The position numbers were made by a program, and so were the translations under genes. Source: an uncultured Thermococci archaeon (lineage in GTDB: Archaea > Methanobacteriota_B > Thermococci > Methanofastidiosales > B48-G16). Taken from it: 64,000 nt of DNA. Positions within the stretch are counted from its first letter, which is position 1; every line of letters starts with the position of its first letter. The stretch is from positions 64,001-128,000 of the forward strand of contig CAZQQT010000001.1 of the NCBI GenBank assembly GCA_964595645.1, read 5' to 3'. The notes under the pieces are model-generated. The model was given only the letters and a program-made list of their open reading frames with translations. It did not search any database and had not been told where the DNA came from. This document shows positions 28,442 to 37,630 of this stretch, one piece after another.

Positions 28442-29290
28442 CTACTCTTCTGCCATCAGGATTTCTTCTGGAGGGTATTTCTTTTTTACCTCCCGTTCAT
28501 AGTAGTAGTTCCCAAGATAAGAAGCTAAAATTGACGTGAGAGGGAACAGATAGATACATGAGCCAAGGAAAAGCCCCATATTTCGTGCAATTCTCGTCCT
28601 ACGATAGAGCCCTCCAAGTGACTGTTTTGTGAGGTGAAGCGCGATATTCCAGCTGCATCCCAGAAGTTGGGTCAACGGGGTCAACTTTCCTTCTACAGAA
28701 GTTGCCTTGTTCTTCACGGCAGTATAAAATTCTTCTTTTGTTTTCCCCTCGAACATCGTATAGCAGTTTCCTATCATCCGTTCCGTGTGCGCATCACTTC
28801 CTGCCAGTGCAGCCTTTTTCAGTATTTTGTTTGTTTCGTGAGCCTTCCTATTCAAAATTCCATCTCTGTGGAGAGCGTTGAGTGTTTCTATCCCATCAAA
28901 GTCCAGTGTCATTATTTTTTTGCCCAGACTGGGACAGATAATACTGTATGGGTGGGGTGCGATGGCAAGACCGCCCTGTTCGTGGATTCTCTCCACAGTC
29001 TCTTCACCAGAGAGATCTCGGGGAATTTCTTCATTGAGGAAGAGTCCCAGTACCTCCCCATCGGATGTAGTGATTTCCTCCCCAACGATTACCTTCGAAG
29101 GAGCATACTTTTTTGTCAGAAAGGCACCCTCTAAGGTATTGTGATCTGTAATCGCAATGAGATCCATTCCGTTTTTCTCGGCATATTTTATCACTTTCCG
29201 AGGTTCCGCAATAGAATCCGGAATAAAGGAAATATGATTCGTTCCACCGGAATATTTGGTGTGGATGTGACTATCTACTTTGGATCTCAT
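28442..29290 (-). CDS. PHP-domain metal-dependent phosphoesterase
   Basis: DSHIHTKYS, AITDHN, GEEI, APHPY, GSDAH. Confidence 0.9.
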   Translation of the reverse strand: MRSKVDSHIHTKYSGGTNHISFIPDSIAEPRKVIKYAEKNGMDLIAITDHNTLEGAFLTKKYAPSKVIVGEEITTSDGEVLGLFLNEEIPRDLSGEETVERIHEQGGLAIAPHPYSIICPSLGKKIMTLDFDGIETLNALHRDGILNRKAHETNKILKKAALAGSDAHTERMIGNCYTMFEGKTKEEFYTAVKNKATSVEGKLTPLTQLLGCSWNIALHLTKQSLGGLYRRTRIARNMGLFLGSCIYLFPLTSILASYLGNYYYEREVKKKYPPEEILMAEE

Positions 29291-29429
29291 ACTTCTTTAA
29301 GAGAGCGCTACTATATAAAACTATCTATAATATTTTCATCCAAAAATTTCTTTAGATGCAATAAGAAGCATATTTTCCAGAGAATAACGAATAGAAAGCC
29401 TTATAAAATACAAACACACAATACATCGT

Positions 29430-29903
29430 ATGCAAATCACAACAGCGACACCTTCTCAGTTCTCTGGGATTGTGGAGTTGTGGAAGGAGTTTATGGACTA
29501 CCATAAAGAGATCGATCCCCTTTTTACCCGAAGTGAGAAGGGACACATCAGTTTTATAGACCATGTAGAAGAACTGCTTGAGAAAGATACTGCACATGTG
29601 CTCGTGGCGTTGGACAGGGAAAAGGTAGTAGGATATGCCATTGCTGAGATAACTATACGTCCTCCCGTGTTCCAAGAGAGAACCTATGGGGTTATTTCAG
29701 ACATAGCGGTGACATCGTCATATCGGCGGCAGGGTATTGGGAGCAAAATGGTTGGAAAGATACGGGAGTGGTTCCATTCACGAGATGTCACGAGGATAGA
29801 ACTCCGTGCTGTTTCAGAAAACGACGTAAGCTGTGCCTTTTGGGGAAAACAGGGATTTAGAGAGTATATGCGCGTGATGTACATAAATACAGAGGACGAA
29901 TAA
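29430..29903 (+). CDS. GNAT acetyltransferase
   Basis: DIAVTSSYRRQGIG, FWGKQGF. Confidence 0.88.
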   Translation: MQITTATPSQFSGIVELWKEFMDYHKEIDPLFTRSEKGHISFIDHVEELLEKDTAHVLVALDREKVVGYAIAEITIRPPVFQERTYGVISDIAVTSSYRRQGIGSKMVGKIREWFHSRDVTRIELRAVSENDVSCAFWGKQGFREYMRVMYINTEDE

Positions 29904-29946
29904 CTTTTTAAAATATGCCCTCACACTCTTTGAGAGGCATGATTAT

Positions 29947-30528
29947 ATGCATAACGAAATACCAGAGGAGAAGATATTCTTTACCGAAATGCAGACAGTG
30001 ACAATCCAGGATCTTGATGTCGCCGGATACATTCTCGATATCGGAGGGGGCGGAGAAGGGATTATCGGGGGGTTAAAAGGTAGCGAAGTTATTGCCATTG
30101 ATCTGAGCCGGAGAGAACTTGAAGAGGCACCGGCCGGACCGTTAAAGATCGTAATGGATGCGAGGGATCTCCAGTTTCTGGACGAGACATTTCATGTTGC
30201 CACGTCGTTTTTCACGTTGTTGTATATTGAACCTGCGGATCGCAAAAAGGTCTTTCAGGAGATTCACCGTGTGCTGAAACCAAATGGAAGATTCTTGCTG
30301 TGGGACACAGTGATTCCGTCGCAGGGTGTAGAGGAGAAAGAGTTTTTTGCCGTGCGGCTGAAGGTAACACTGCCGAGAGAAGAAATCCAGACAGGGTACG
30401 GTGTACCGTGGAAGGATCGGGAACAGGATGTGCAGTACTATATCGATCTCGCTGAAAAAACGGGATTCGAAGTGATGGATCGTGAAGAACACGATCAAGT
30501 ATACTTTTTAGAGTTAAAGAAGAAATAG
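29947..30528 (+). CDS. Class I SAM-dependent methyltransferase
   Basis: ILDIGGGGEG, MDARDLQF, EIHRVLKPNG. Confidence 0.88.
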   Translation: MHNEIPEEKIFFTEMQTVTIQDLDVAGYILDIGGGGEGIIGGLKGSEVIAIDLSRRELEEAPAGPLKIVMDARDLQFLDETFHVATSFFTLLYIEPADRKKVFQEIHRVLKPNGRFLLWDTVIPSQGVEEKEFFAVRLKVTLPREEIQTGYGVPWKDREQDVQYYIDLAEKTGFEVMDREEHDQVYFLELKKK

Positions 30529-30550
30529 GGTATTTTTCTCTGTTTATTTA

Positions 30551-30937
30551 TTATTTCTCCATTTCTTTCAGCCTTTTCAGCGCCTCAGTGTATCCTTCGT
30601 CCTGTTGTGCCCATTCCTCGAGGTCTTTACAGGGGAACTCTTCACACTCACAGCAGAATGTATGCCCTCTTTTATCCACACAGCACTGAAGTATCCAGCA
30701 GTCGGGCGACCAGTGAATCGTACGGTTGTCACGACAGCCTTTACAGTACATCCCCTGTTCGAGTACTTCATCTACTCCCTCATCTTCTTGAAGCCAGCCT
30801 TCTTTTTTAAACCAGGCGACAACACACTGCGCAGCGTCAGGGTCCTCAGGGACTTTGCGTATGTCGCAGGACCCACAGTTCAGCCCGCAAACAGCAATAT
30901 ACGTGTCTTTTCTTTCAGTCTTTTCCGTGAGAATCAC
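30551..30937 (-). CDS. DUF3795 Cys-rich protein
   Basis: AVCGLNCGSC, CKGCR, DCWILQCC, CCECEEFPC. Confidence 0.82.
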   Translation of the reverse strand: MILTEKTERKDTYIAVCGLNCGSCDIRKVPEDPDAAQCVVAWFKKEGWLQEDEGVDEVLEQGMYCKGCRDNRTIHWSPDCWILQCCVDKRGHTFCCECEEFPCKDLEEWAQQDEGYTEALKRLKEMEK

Positions 30938-30992
30938 CCTGTTGTATACTTTTGGAAAGGACTATTTATTTTTTTCTACACGGGGGAAATGA

Positions 30993-31721
30993 TCATTTTT
31001 CACATATTTTTACTGTATTCTTTACCGCTCCATCCATCACATTAATGTCCCTGAGCACAGCATGCTCCTCCTTGATTTCAATGACGTTAAATGACGGGTA
31101 CGATCGCCCCTTCAACCGTCGTGAGGTGGCGGTCCCCGCTGTAATGAAATATGTATCTTCTAGTTTCCATATCCATGGGACATGTTTGTGCCCGGAAAGA
31201 ACGATATGCACCCCCAGATCAATACAGAGCTGTAGAACGTCTCCTGAATCTACAGGAATATTTCTCTCCCTCCCTGTACCTGGAATTGGGATGAGGTGGT
31301 GGTGCATCGCGAGTATTCTTGTCTTGTTTTCCGCGGTCAGACGTTCTTGTATATAGGGGTAGTTCTCCCGCCCTATGTGGCCATCATCGATATCCGGATC
31401 CGCGGAGTCGATCCCTATAACTACTACCTTCTCGTTCTCATAATATGGAAACCGCGTGCCGTACAGTTCCTCAAAGATGGTGTACCCCTTGTTCCGTGCA
31501 TCGTGGTTTCCGGGTACAATTATTTTGTGTGCCGTGTGGAACTTTTCGATATAGGAGGGTACCATCTCGTACTCAAATGGATAGCCATCATCGGTAAGGT
31601 CTCCCGTGATCACGAGTATCTCTGGATTAATAGAATTCACGTGCTCAACAACATGTTCTCCCCACTCAGTCACAAAATGTGGACCTGTCAGATGGAGATC
31701 TGAGATATGAACGATTTTCAT
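30993..31721 (-). CDS. Calcineurin-like metallophosphoesterase
   Basis: SDLH, TGDLTD, PGNHD, MHHH, SGHKH. Confidence 0.92.
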   Translation of the reverse strand: MKIVHISDLHLTGPHFVTEWGEHVVEHVNSINPEILVITGDLTDDGYPFEYEMVPSYIEKFHTAHKIIVPGNHDARNKGYTIFEELYGTRFPYYENEKVVVIGIDSADPDIDDGHIGRENYPYIQERLTAENKTRILAMHHHLIPIPGTGRERNIPVDSGDVLQLCIDLGVHIVLSGHKHVPWIWKLEDTYFITAGTATSRRLKGRSYPSFNVIEIKEEHAVLRDINVMDGAVKNTVKICEK

Positions 31722-31929
31722 ATTTACTCTCCTCTTCTCTGTAATGCACTTCTCACTCTTTTGTGCGTGAGTATTTTTATTATTTTCCTTCTTTTAGTAT
31801 CTACTTTTTTCTAGTGACACATAAGATACATGCTTCTATTTTTAAAAAGAACAACATGTATTGTATAACGAAAGACTTATAGAATAATAAGTTTTAAATA
31901 ATACAAATAAAAAAGAGAGAGTGAATTAT

Positions 31930-32418
31930 ATGAATCCACTTATCGTCTACTACTCGCGAACAGGAAACACAAAAAATGTTGCCGAGATGATTGCACATCT
32001 TCTTGACTGTGAAATAGCGCCAATTATCGATACTGTAAATCGGTCCGGTCTTCTTGGATTTCTCCGTTCTGGATGGAGTGCGAAGAGGGGGACCATGACT
32101 GAAATCGAGGCGATGACCTACGATCCCTCCACGTACGATGTTGTCATTGTCGGTACCCCTGTGTGGGCCGGCACTGTCTCCACACCGGTGAGGACCTTTC
32201 TCCATCAGTATAAAGATCGGTTACCCTCCGTAGCCCTCTTTGCCACTCATAAGAGTGAAGACGCCCAGGATGCATTTACTGAGATGAAAAAAGAATGTGA
32301 GAAGAAACCTGTTGCGCTCCTCGGTCTCGGAGAAAAAGAGATAAAAAAGGATCAATGCTCTTACAAAGTAAGGGAGTTTGTGGACACGTTGGAGAACGAG
32401 ATGCATGTCGAAATATGA
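31930..32418 (+). CDS. Flavodoxin family protein
   Basis: YYSRTGNT, VGTPVWAG. Confidence 0.88.
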   Translation: MNPLIVYYSRTGNTKNVAEMIAHLLDCEIAPIIDTVNRSGLLGFLRSGWSAKRGTMTEIEAMTYDPSTYDVVIVGTPVWAGTVSTPVRTFLHQYKDRLPSVALFATHKSEDAQDAFTEMKKECEKKPVALLGLGEKEIKKDQCSYKVREFVDTLENEMHVEI

Positions 32419-32450
32419 GAGGGATCGTCTCCTGTTTTCGGAGTGAGATC

Positions 32451-32882
32451 ATGGAAAGAAAAAAAATTCTCTTCATCTGCACCCATAACTCAGCGCGGTC
32501 ACAGATGGCAGAGGGATTATTGAGAGTACGGTACGGTGATAGCTATAGAGCATACAGTGCAGGGATACAGGCGACAGAAGTACGACCAGAGGCCATTAAG
32601 GTAATGAAAGAGATCGACATTGATATCTCAGATCACCGGAGCAAAAGCATCGAAGAATTCCAAAATACGACGTTTGATGTTGTTGTGACTGTCTGCGACC
32701 ATGCGAATGAAACCTGCCCCTTCTTTCCAGGGAAAAGACACCTTCATAAGGGATTTCAGGATCCTAACGAGTGTACTGGGAACGAAGAGGAGAAACTCGA
32801 ATGTTTTCGAAGGATCCGGAACGAGATCGAAGAGTGGATTGTCGCATTTTTCGGTAATAAAGACTATAAAGAGTCTATTTAA
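32451..32882 (+). CDS. arsC: Arsenate reductase (LMW-PTP family)
   Basis: FICTHNSARSQMAE (CX5R), VTVCDHANETCPFFPG, FQDP. Confidence 0.88.
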   Translation: MERKKILFICTHNSARSQMAEGLLRVRYGDSYRAYSAGIQATEVRPEAIKVMKEIDIDISDHRSKSIEEFQNTTFDVVVTVCDHANETCPFFPGKRHLHKGFQDPNECTGNEEEKLECFRRIRNEIEEWIVAFFGNKDYKESI

Positions 32883-32915
32883 ATGCGGTATTCAACGAAG
32901 GAAATCGGAACAACG

Positions 32916-33446
32916 TTATGAGATCTTGTCGATCATTCGTTGTGAGAGATTGAGGTGGTCACGTTCTATTTCCACCAATGCTGTGAAAAACTCCACAAGT
33001 TCTGGCTCTACTGCTTCTGAGGCAAACTGTTTGTAGTGCTCTATCGCCCTATCTTCTCGTTCATGCGAATCTTTGTAGTTATCCAGCGCCTCTGAAGCAC
33101 ATTTTTCAAATTTTGGGATTTCTTTTTCGGGGACATCGATTAATTCTGCCAGCGCTTCTGCATGTTCTGCTTCTACTTTTCCCAATCGTTTAAAAATCGC
33201 TGCATCCTTTTCCGATTTAGTTTTTTTCGATGCACACTTATAAAATTTTGCGTTGTCTATCTCAAGATCTATCGCTTTCAAAATATTCTCTCTACTCTTT
33301 TCGCTGACGTTATCAGCTCTCAACCGCGTGTAATCTTCTATTTTTTTGATGTACTTTTCATGCGCTCCACAGTACGGACAGTTTTTTGGTTTGGTCTCAC
33401 CGAGGTACGTCTCTCCGCACACTTCACATCTAAACGGTTCAAACAT
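32916..33446 (-). CDS. Rubrerythrin-like protein (N-terminal rubredoxin, ferritin-like di-iron domain)
   Basis: CEVCG...CPYCGA; EAEH and ERDH ExxH motifs. Confidence 0.88.
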   Translation of the reverse strand: MFEPFRCEVCGETYLGETKPKNCPYCGAHEKYIKKIEDYTRLRADNVSEKSRENILKAIDLEIDNAKFYKCASKKTKSEKDAAIFKRLGKVEAEHAEALAELIDVPEKEIPKFEKCASEALDNYKDSHEREDRAIEHYKQFASEAVEPELVEFFTALVEIERDHLNLSQRMIDKIS

Positions 33447-33554
33447 ACTTATACTTCGCGATGAGGTATAAAAAGGTTAGTGCACAAGAGTCCATAACTG
33501 ACAATCCTCAGCATAACGCCGAGAGTTATACCTCTGAGGTCTTTTCAGGTTTTT

Positions 33555-33983
33555 CTATTCCTTAAATTTCTTTTTAAGAACTTTATAAGCTTCTTTCGGG
33601 CTATTGCAATCCCAAATCAGCTTTTCAATAGGGCATTGCCCATTTTTATTTCGGTTCATGATCATGGGTACTGTGGTGTCGGCCTCCGCATAAATGTCAT
33701 GTTCACGAAGTAGGTTGTATGCAGGCTGGCTCATCACAGGGCTGTACACCGCCGCAATATCTGCATACACACTAAGAAAGGCTACTGCTTTCCCCACGAT
33801 CTTATCTGCCACACTCGCTCCTTGTACCTTCAAATGCACTGCAGAGAAGAAGGGGGCAACTCCTCGTTCTGCTGATTTTGCAATAATTTTTTTATCGTTG
33901 ACGATAACGAACGTGAGCTTGTTTTCTGTCAATGCTTTCTTCGCATATTCCAGATCTGCATTATCCTGATTCAGAGTGTTCAT
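33555..33983 (-). CDS. DUF1893 (TM1506-like) protein
   Basis: RGVAP, VADKIVGKA, IMNRNKNGQCPIE. Confidence 0.85.
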   Translation of the reverse strand: MNTLNQDNADLEYAKKALTENKLTFVIVNDKKIIAKSAERGVAPFFSAVHLKVQGASVADKIVGKAVAFLSVYADIAAVYSPVMSQPAYNLLREHDIYAEADTTVPMIMNRNKNGQCPIEKLIWDCNSPKEAYKVLKKKFKE

Positions 33984-34179
33984 AAAATTTTCCTCTTGGA
34001 CTAGATATGAGTACGTCTATACACTTTGCTCTTTTATATCCTTATCTTTCGTGGACATAATTTCCTCCCCTAGTTACACTATACCTGATAATAAAAAAGA
34101 AATTTTTTTCTGTTAGAGAAGGTAGAAAAAAAATGCAAAAAGAAAAAAGCCGCGAGGTATTGTAACTAAATTTTAGAAT

Positions 34180-34245
34180 TTACATTTTTTGTTTCTTTCT
34201 TTTCATCTCGCGTTCTATTATGTATATCCATTCCATTCCTTCCAT
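34180..34245 (-). CDS. Candidate 21-aa small protein MEGMEWIYIIEREMKRKKQKM
   Basis: GAGGTGA RBS 5 nt upstream; T-rich terminator-like tract downstream. Confidence 0.4.
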   Translation of the reverse strand: MEGMEWIYIIEREMKRKKQKM

Positions 34246-34402
34246 TTTTCTCACCTCATATTTTATGATAGTACGTGATATTCCATTTCATATTCCCAAT
34301 CGTTTCAGTTTTTCTTGCATATCTCCTTTCATTTCCGTACATGAGTATCACCTACTGGATGGTGCATCGCATTTTTCACAACGTCTGATATTGTTTTCAT
34401 TC

Positions 34403-34419
34403 CAGTTTTACATTAACAT
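34403..34419. promoter_or_regulatory. Perfect inverted repeat, candidate operator in a divergent promoter region
   Basis: TTAACATC-T-GATGTTAA, upstream of TATA TTTATAAA (34451) of the wHTH regulator. Confidence 0.55.
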
Positions 34420-34495
34420 CTGATGTTAACAATCACTGTGGATGGGAACATTTATAAAGCTTTCGGTTGTATGATACGTGGAAGGTGACGATCTC

Positions 34496-35083
34496 ATGAC
34501 AGAACAAACGATGGTGAAGGTCCTCAAGGATCCACAACAGAAGAAGCTCCTTGACAACCCAAACTATTCTCGCATTTTAAGTATCATGCGGGATCAAGAA
34601 CTCACCATAAAAGAGATTCACAAACAGTTTAACAAAAATTACGAGGACAAGAAAGCATTAATGTCTATATACAGATACATGCAAAAACTTGTAGCCAATG
34701 ACCTTGTTTTTGTGAGCAAGGAAAAGATAAAAAGAGGACATCTCATAGAAAGCTACTACTCACGAACTGCCAAATTTTTCCTTTTTGCAGATAAATTGAC
34801 AGATAAAAATATTCTTAATGCTACCATTGAGTTGTTTAAAAGTATCTATACTCTTAACGAAGAAAAGGAAAAGAAACTTCAGAAGTTACTATACGAACAC
34901 GGTGAAAATTCACGCCGGTACCATGAGACATTTTACGCAGAATTTGGGGGGAAAATACTCGAAATAGAAAAAAAATACGGGTTTAAAGTCATGAAAGAAG
35001 CAGCGTACGCTACGCATGAACTTACATATTTCAAAAAAAATCCCGAAGTACTTGATCGGCTCTTCAACATACTTGAAGAATGA
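34496..35083 (+). CDS. Winged-HTH transcriptional regulator
   Basis: ILSIMRDQELTIKEIH, SIYRYMQKL, ESYYSRTAK; AGGTGA RBS. Confidence 0.8.
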   Translation: MTEQTMVKVLKDPQQKKLLDNPNYSRILSIMRDQELTIKEIHKQFNKNYEDKKALMSIYRYMQKLVANDLVFVSKEKIKRGHLIESYYSRTAKFFLFADKLTDKNILNATIELFKSIYTLNEEKEKKLQKLLYEHGENSRRYHETFYAEFGGKILEIEKKYGFKVMKEAAYATHELTYFKKNPEVLDRLFNILEE

Positions 35084-35131
35084 AAAACAGAGCAATCACA
35101 TACTTTAATAAAATGTCCGTTGAATATACTG

Positions 35132-36058
35132 CTACTCCTTTACCCAGTGCATAACAGCGTAGCCATCTATATATTCAGAGATAATACCTTTTTCAAGCAT
35201 TCGAGAGAAAATATTGAGGATTTTGTCATGTATCGTGTAATCTTTGGGAAGAAAAAGATTTATCATACAGTAGTCTTCTATTTTATGGAATGTGGAACTC
35301 GTGGGCAGGTGGGAAAATAATGTGGCGATATACCGTTCATACGGTGTACGGAAACAGAATGTATGGCTCGTGTATGATAAAGATCCTTCTGGGAAGTAGT
35401 ATGTTGAGATAGCACAGTATTTTTCCAATGTCTTTTTCCACGCGATGTATTTTCTCCAGCTGATCAATGACTCTTTTCTAAATTCATTGAATGACTTCCT
35501 CAAATTTTCCTTAAAATAGTGATAAAGTTTCCATTCTTCCTCATCCCACTGTGGAAACTGCGCTTTTTCTCCATAGGAAAATTTCTGTAGGTACTGTTCC
35601 GCCAGAAGCTCATTTATTGGCTCGAAACATTCCCTCCAGGATGTGTAGGGAACCTTCGGAGAAAAAACAACTCCTCTCTGCCCCTTTACTACGGCCTCCT
35701 TGTATCCTGGAATCTTCGAGAGCTTCATGGGTTCCGTGTATGTGAGCATAAAATCCCAGTTTCCCTGATAGATGCAAAGATACTCTACGCCTGGAACGTT
35801 TTGCAGTTCCTCAAATGCTTTATTTTTGTCGTCTACAAGAACCAATGCCGATTTTTTTTCCGGGTGATACTTTAATCTTATTGATGGATTCCAAATTACA
35901 TTTTCTTCTTCAGCTTTTCTTGCGTACCGATTGACAGTTGATATTGAGCGTTTTAAGGATTTTGCTATCTTTTTATCAGTTATCCATGGATTATCATACC
36001 TTTTATAGTATATTTGGTATTTGAGATGCATTTTCTCCTTTTTGGAGAGTCTTGTCAT
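35132..36058 (-). CDS. Putative wHTH (Lrp/AsnC-like) DNA-binding protein
   Basis: N-terminal KKIAKSLKRSISTVNRY HTH; internal second HTH-like segment. Confidence 0.65.
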   Translation of the reverse strand: MTRLSKKEKMHLKYQIYYKRYDNPWITDKKIAKSLKRSISTVNRYARKAEEENVIWNPSIRLKYHPEKKSALVLVDDKNKAFEELQNVPGVEYLCIYQGNWDFMLTYTEPMKLSKIPGYKEAVVKGQRGVVFSPKVPYTSWRECFEPINELLAEQYLQKFSYGEKAQFPQWDEEEWKLYHYFKENLRKSFNEFRKESLISWRKYIAWKKTLEKYCAISTYYFPEGSLSYTSHTFCFRTPYERYIATLFSHLPTSSTFHKIEDYCMINLFLPKDYTIHDKILNIFSRMLEKGIISEYIDGYAVMHWVKE

Positions 36059-36177
36059 TTTTTTCACCGGTATGTATATAACACAGGAGGTAATTATATA
36101 CTGAAGTAGTAATCCCTACTCCTATATAAATGTTGGGAGGATGATAATTCGATAATAGGAATATAAATGATATAAAA

Positions 36178-36342
36178 ATGGCGATGGAGGATTGACTCAT
36201 TTTTGAAACCTCCGAAACCTTTTCAGTCCTTCATCGCCGTCTCCTTTTCTGCAGGACCGAATAAAAACTTCACGGTTAGATGAAGGGTTCGGAGAACCCT
36301 TAGAGATGAAATTTGTTTCTCTGCTCCAACTAGTTTGACCGT
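36178..36342 (+). ncRNA. Candidate structured RNA: 18-bp stem-loop followed by a three-way junction
   Basis: 36178-36195 pairs fully with 36223-36240 (3 G-U); 36272-36280 pairs with 36334-36342, enclosing two hairpins. Confidence 0.4.
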
Positions 36343-36398
36343 AGAAAAAAGAGCCACAGAAAGAAAAAATTTAAATATTATCCAACTGAAGGAGGAGT

Positions 36399-37004
36399 AT
36401 GGATTTGAGAATTATTGCAATAGTCTTTGTTATTATCAATATACTTATATATTCTTTTATAATCAAGAAACTACGGGAGAGAGGTGAGGAGGGTCTTTCT
36501 CTTTTTGGGAAATCGGATCGTGAAAAATCGAAAAAAAAATTACGGCCTGTCATGCCCGAGCCAGAAAGCAGTGCCACATGGAATGAGGACTTTGAAGAAG
36601 ATCTGGGAAAATTTGAAAAAGATATAGAAGAGGAAATAGGTAGGTACTGGGAGAAGGAACCGGAAGAGAGGCCGGAGAAGGAAGGAAGATTTGAGGAAGA
36701 AGAACCCCCCCAACGAGAAGAGAGTGAAGAGGATGTAAGGGCAAGAGTAACCGATGAGGAGAGACGAGTGAAATTACTTTGGAAAAATTATGTACAGAAA
36801 CTCGATAAATTTATAGAAAAGCTTGAAAAAGGAAATCCGAGCAAATACTTCGAGTATTATAAGGAATATGAGAATTTAGACAAATTCTATTCTCGGTTTG
36901 TATTTAACTTTGGGCTGTACCTCGATGAAATTGAAAAAAATAAGGCATCTGGAAGACTCGGGTACTGTTCCACCCTTCTTAAGGAGATGCTGAAGGAGAT
37001 GTGA
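36399..37004 (+). CDS. Hypothetical single-TM protein with acidic linker and helical C-terminal domain
   Basis: N-terminal TM, E-rich middle; GAAGGAGGAG RBS and TTTAAATA box. Confidence 0.75.
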   Translation: MDLRIIAIVFVIINILIYSFIIKKLRERGEEGLSLFGKSDREKSKKKLRPVMPEPESSATWNEDFEEDLGKFEKDIEEEIGRYWEKEPEERPEKEGRFEEEEPPQREESEEDVRARVTDEERRVKLLWKNYVQKLDKFIEKLEKGNPSKYFEYYKEYENLDKFYSRFVFNFGLYLDEIEKNKASGRLGYCSTLLKEMLKEM

Positions 37005-37040
37005 AAACCTTTATATACTACGTTTTCCTTATTTTCACCA

Positions 37041-37577
37041 ATGAAAACAGAATGCCCAAACTGCAAAACAGAGGTGAAGAAGGATTGGAATTTCTGTCCC
37101 CATTGTGGCGTAATGGTAAATACTTATAAGAGAGGGGAGGTTACCGCAGTGGACGATCTTGCGACACTGAACATTATGGAAACACCGAAGCAGGGTGGGA
37201 TAAGCATCTATGTCAACTCCCATAATTCGGAAAATCCCGAGGTGAGAGTTTCAGCCTTTGGAGATTTTAAAAAATATGAATCAGAATTAAAGCGTAGAAT
37301 GGGAGTTCTAGATAGTAAAAATGCTAAAAGGGATCCTGAAATTATAAAAGAGCCTGAATCTATACTGAAAAGAGACAAAAGAAAAATTACAGTGAAAGTG
37401 CGGGTTCCTGAGTTAAAAGAAGAGAATATTAAAGTGCGGAAGTATGAGAATTCTATAGAAATTAAAGGGTACGCTGGAAATAAGCTATATTACAGCTCTT
37501 TCGAGGTTCCCAATAACTCAGAAATAGTGAATAGGAGTCTCAACGAAGGCATTTTTACTTTAATTTTGAAAGTATAA
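37041..37577 (+). CDS. Zinc-ribbon plus Hsp20/alpha-crystallin domain protein
   Basis: CPNC...FCPHCG; VPELKEENIKV...SIEIKG...NEGIFTLIL. Confidence 0.78.
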   Translation: MKTECPNCKTEVKKDWNFCPHCGVMVNTYKRGEVTAVDDLATLNIMETPKQGGISIYVNSHNSENPEVRVSAFGDFKKYESELKRRMGVLDSKNAKRDPEIIKEPESILKRDKRKITVKVRVPELKEENIKVRKYENSIEIKGYAGNKLYYSSFEVPNNSEIVNRSLNEGIFTLILKV

Positions 37578-37630
37578 GTGCAAAAAATATTTAAACAGGA
37601 CTCACGTATATTTCTACGAAAGGTGTAATT

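Noticed and set aside
21223-33446. Selenoproteins among the redox and sulfur genes
   Set aside because: No in-frame TGA at Cys positions noticed and no SECIS recognised
36180-36240. Fluoride riboswitch (starts GGCGATGG)
   Set aside because: The complementary TCGCC is about 45 nt away rather than closing a short loop; the 3' pseudoknot motif and a crcB-type gene are absent
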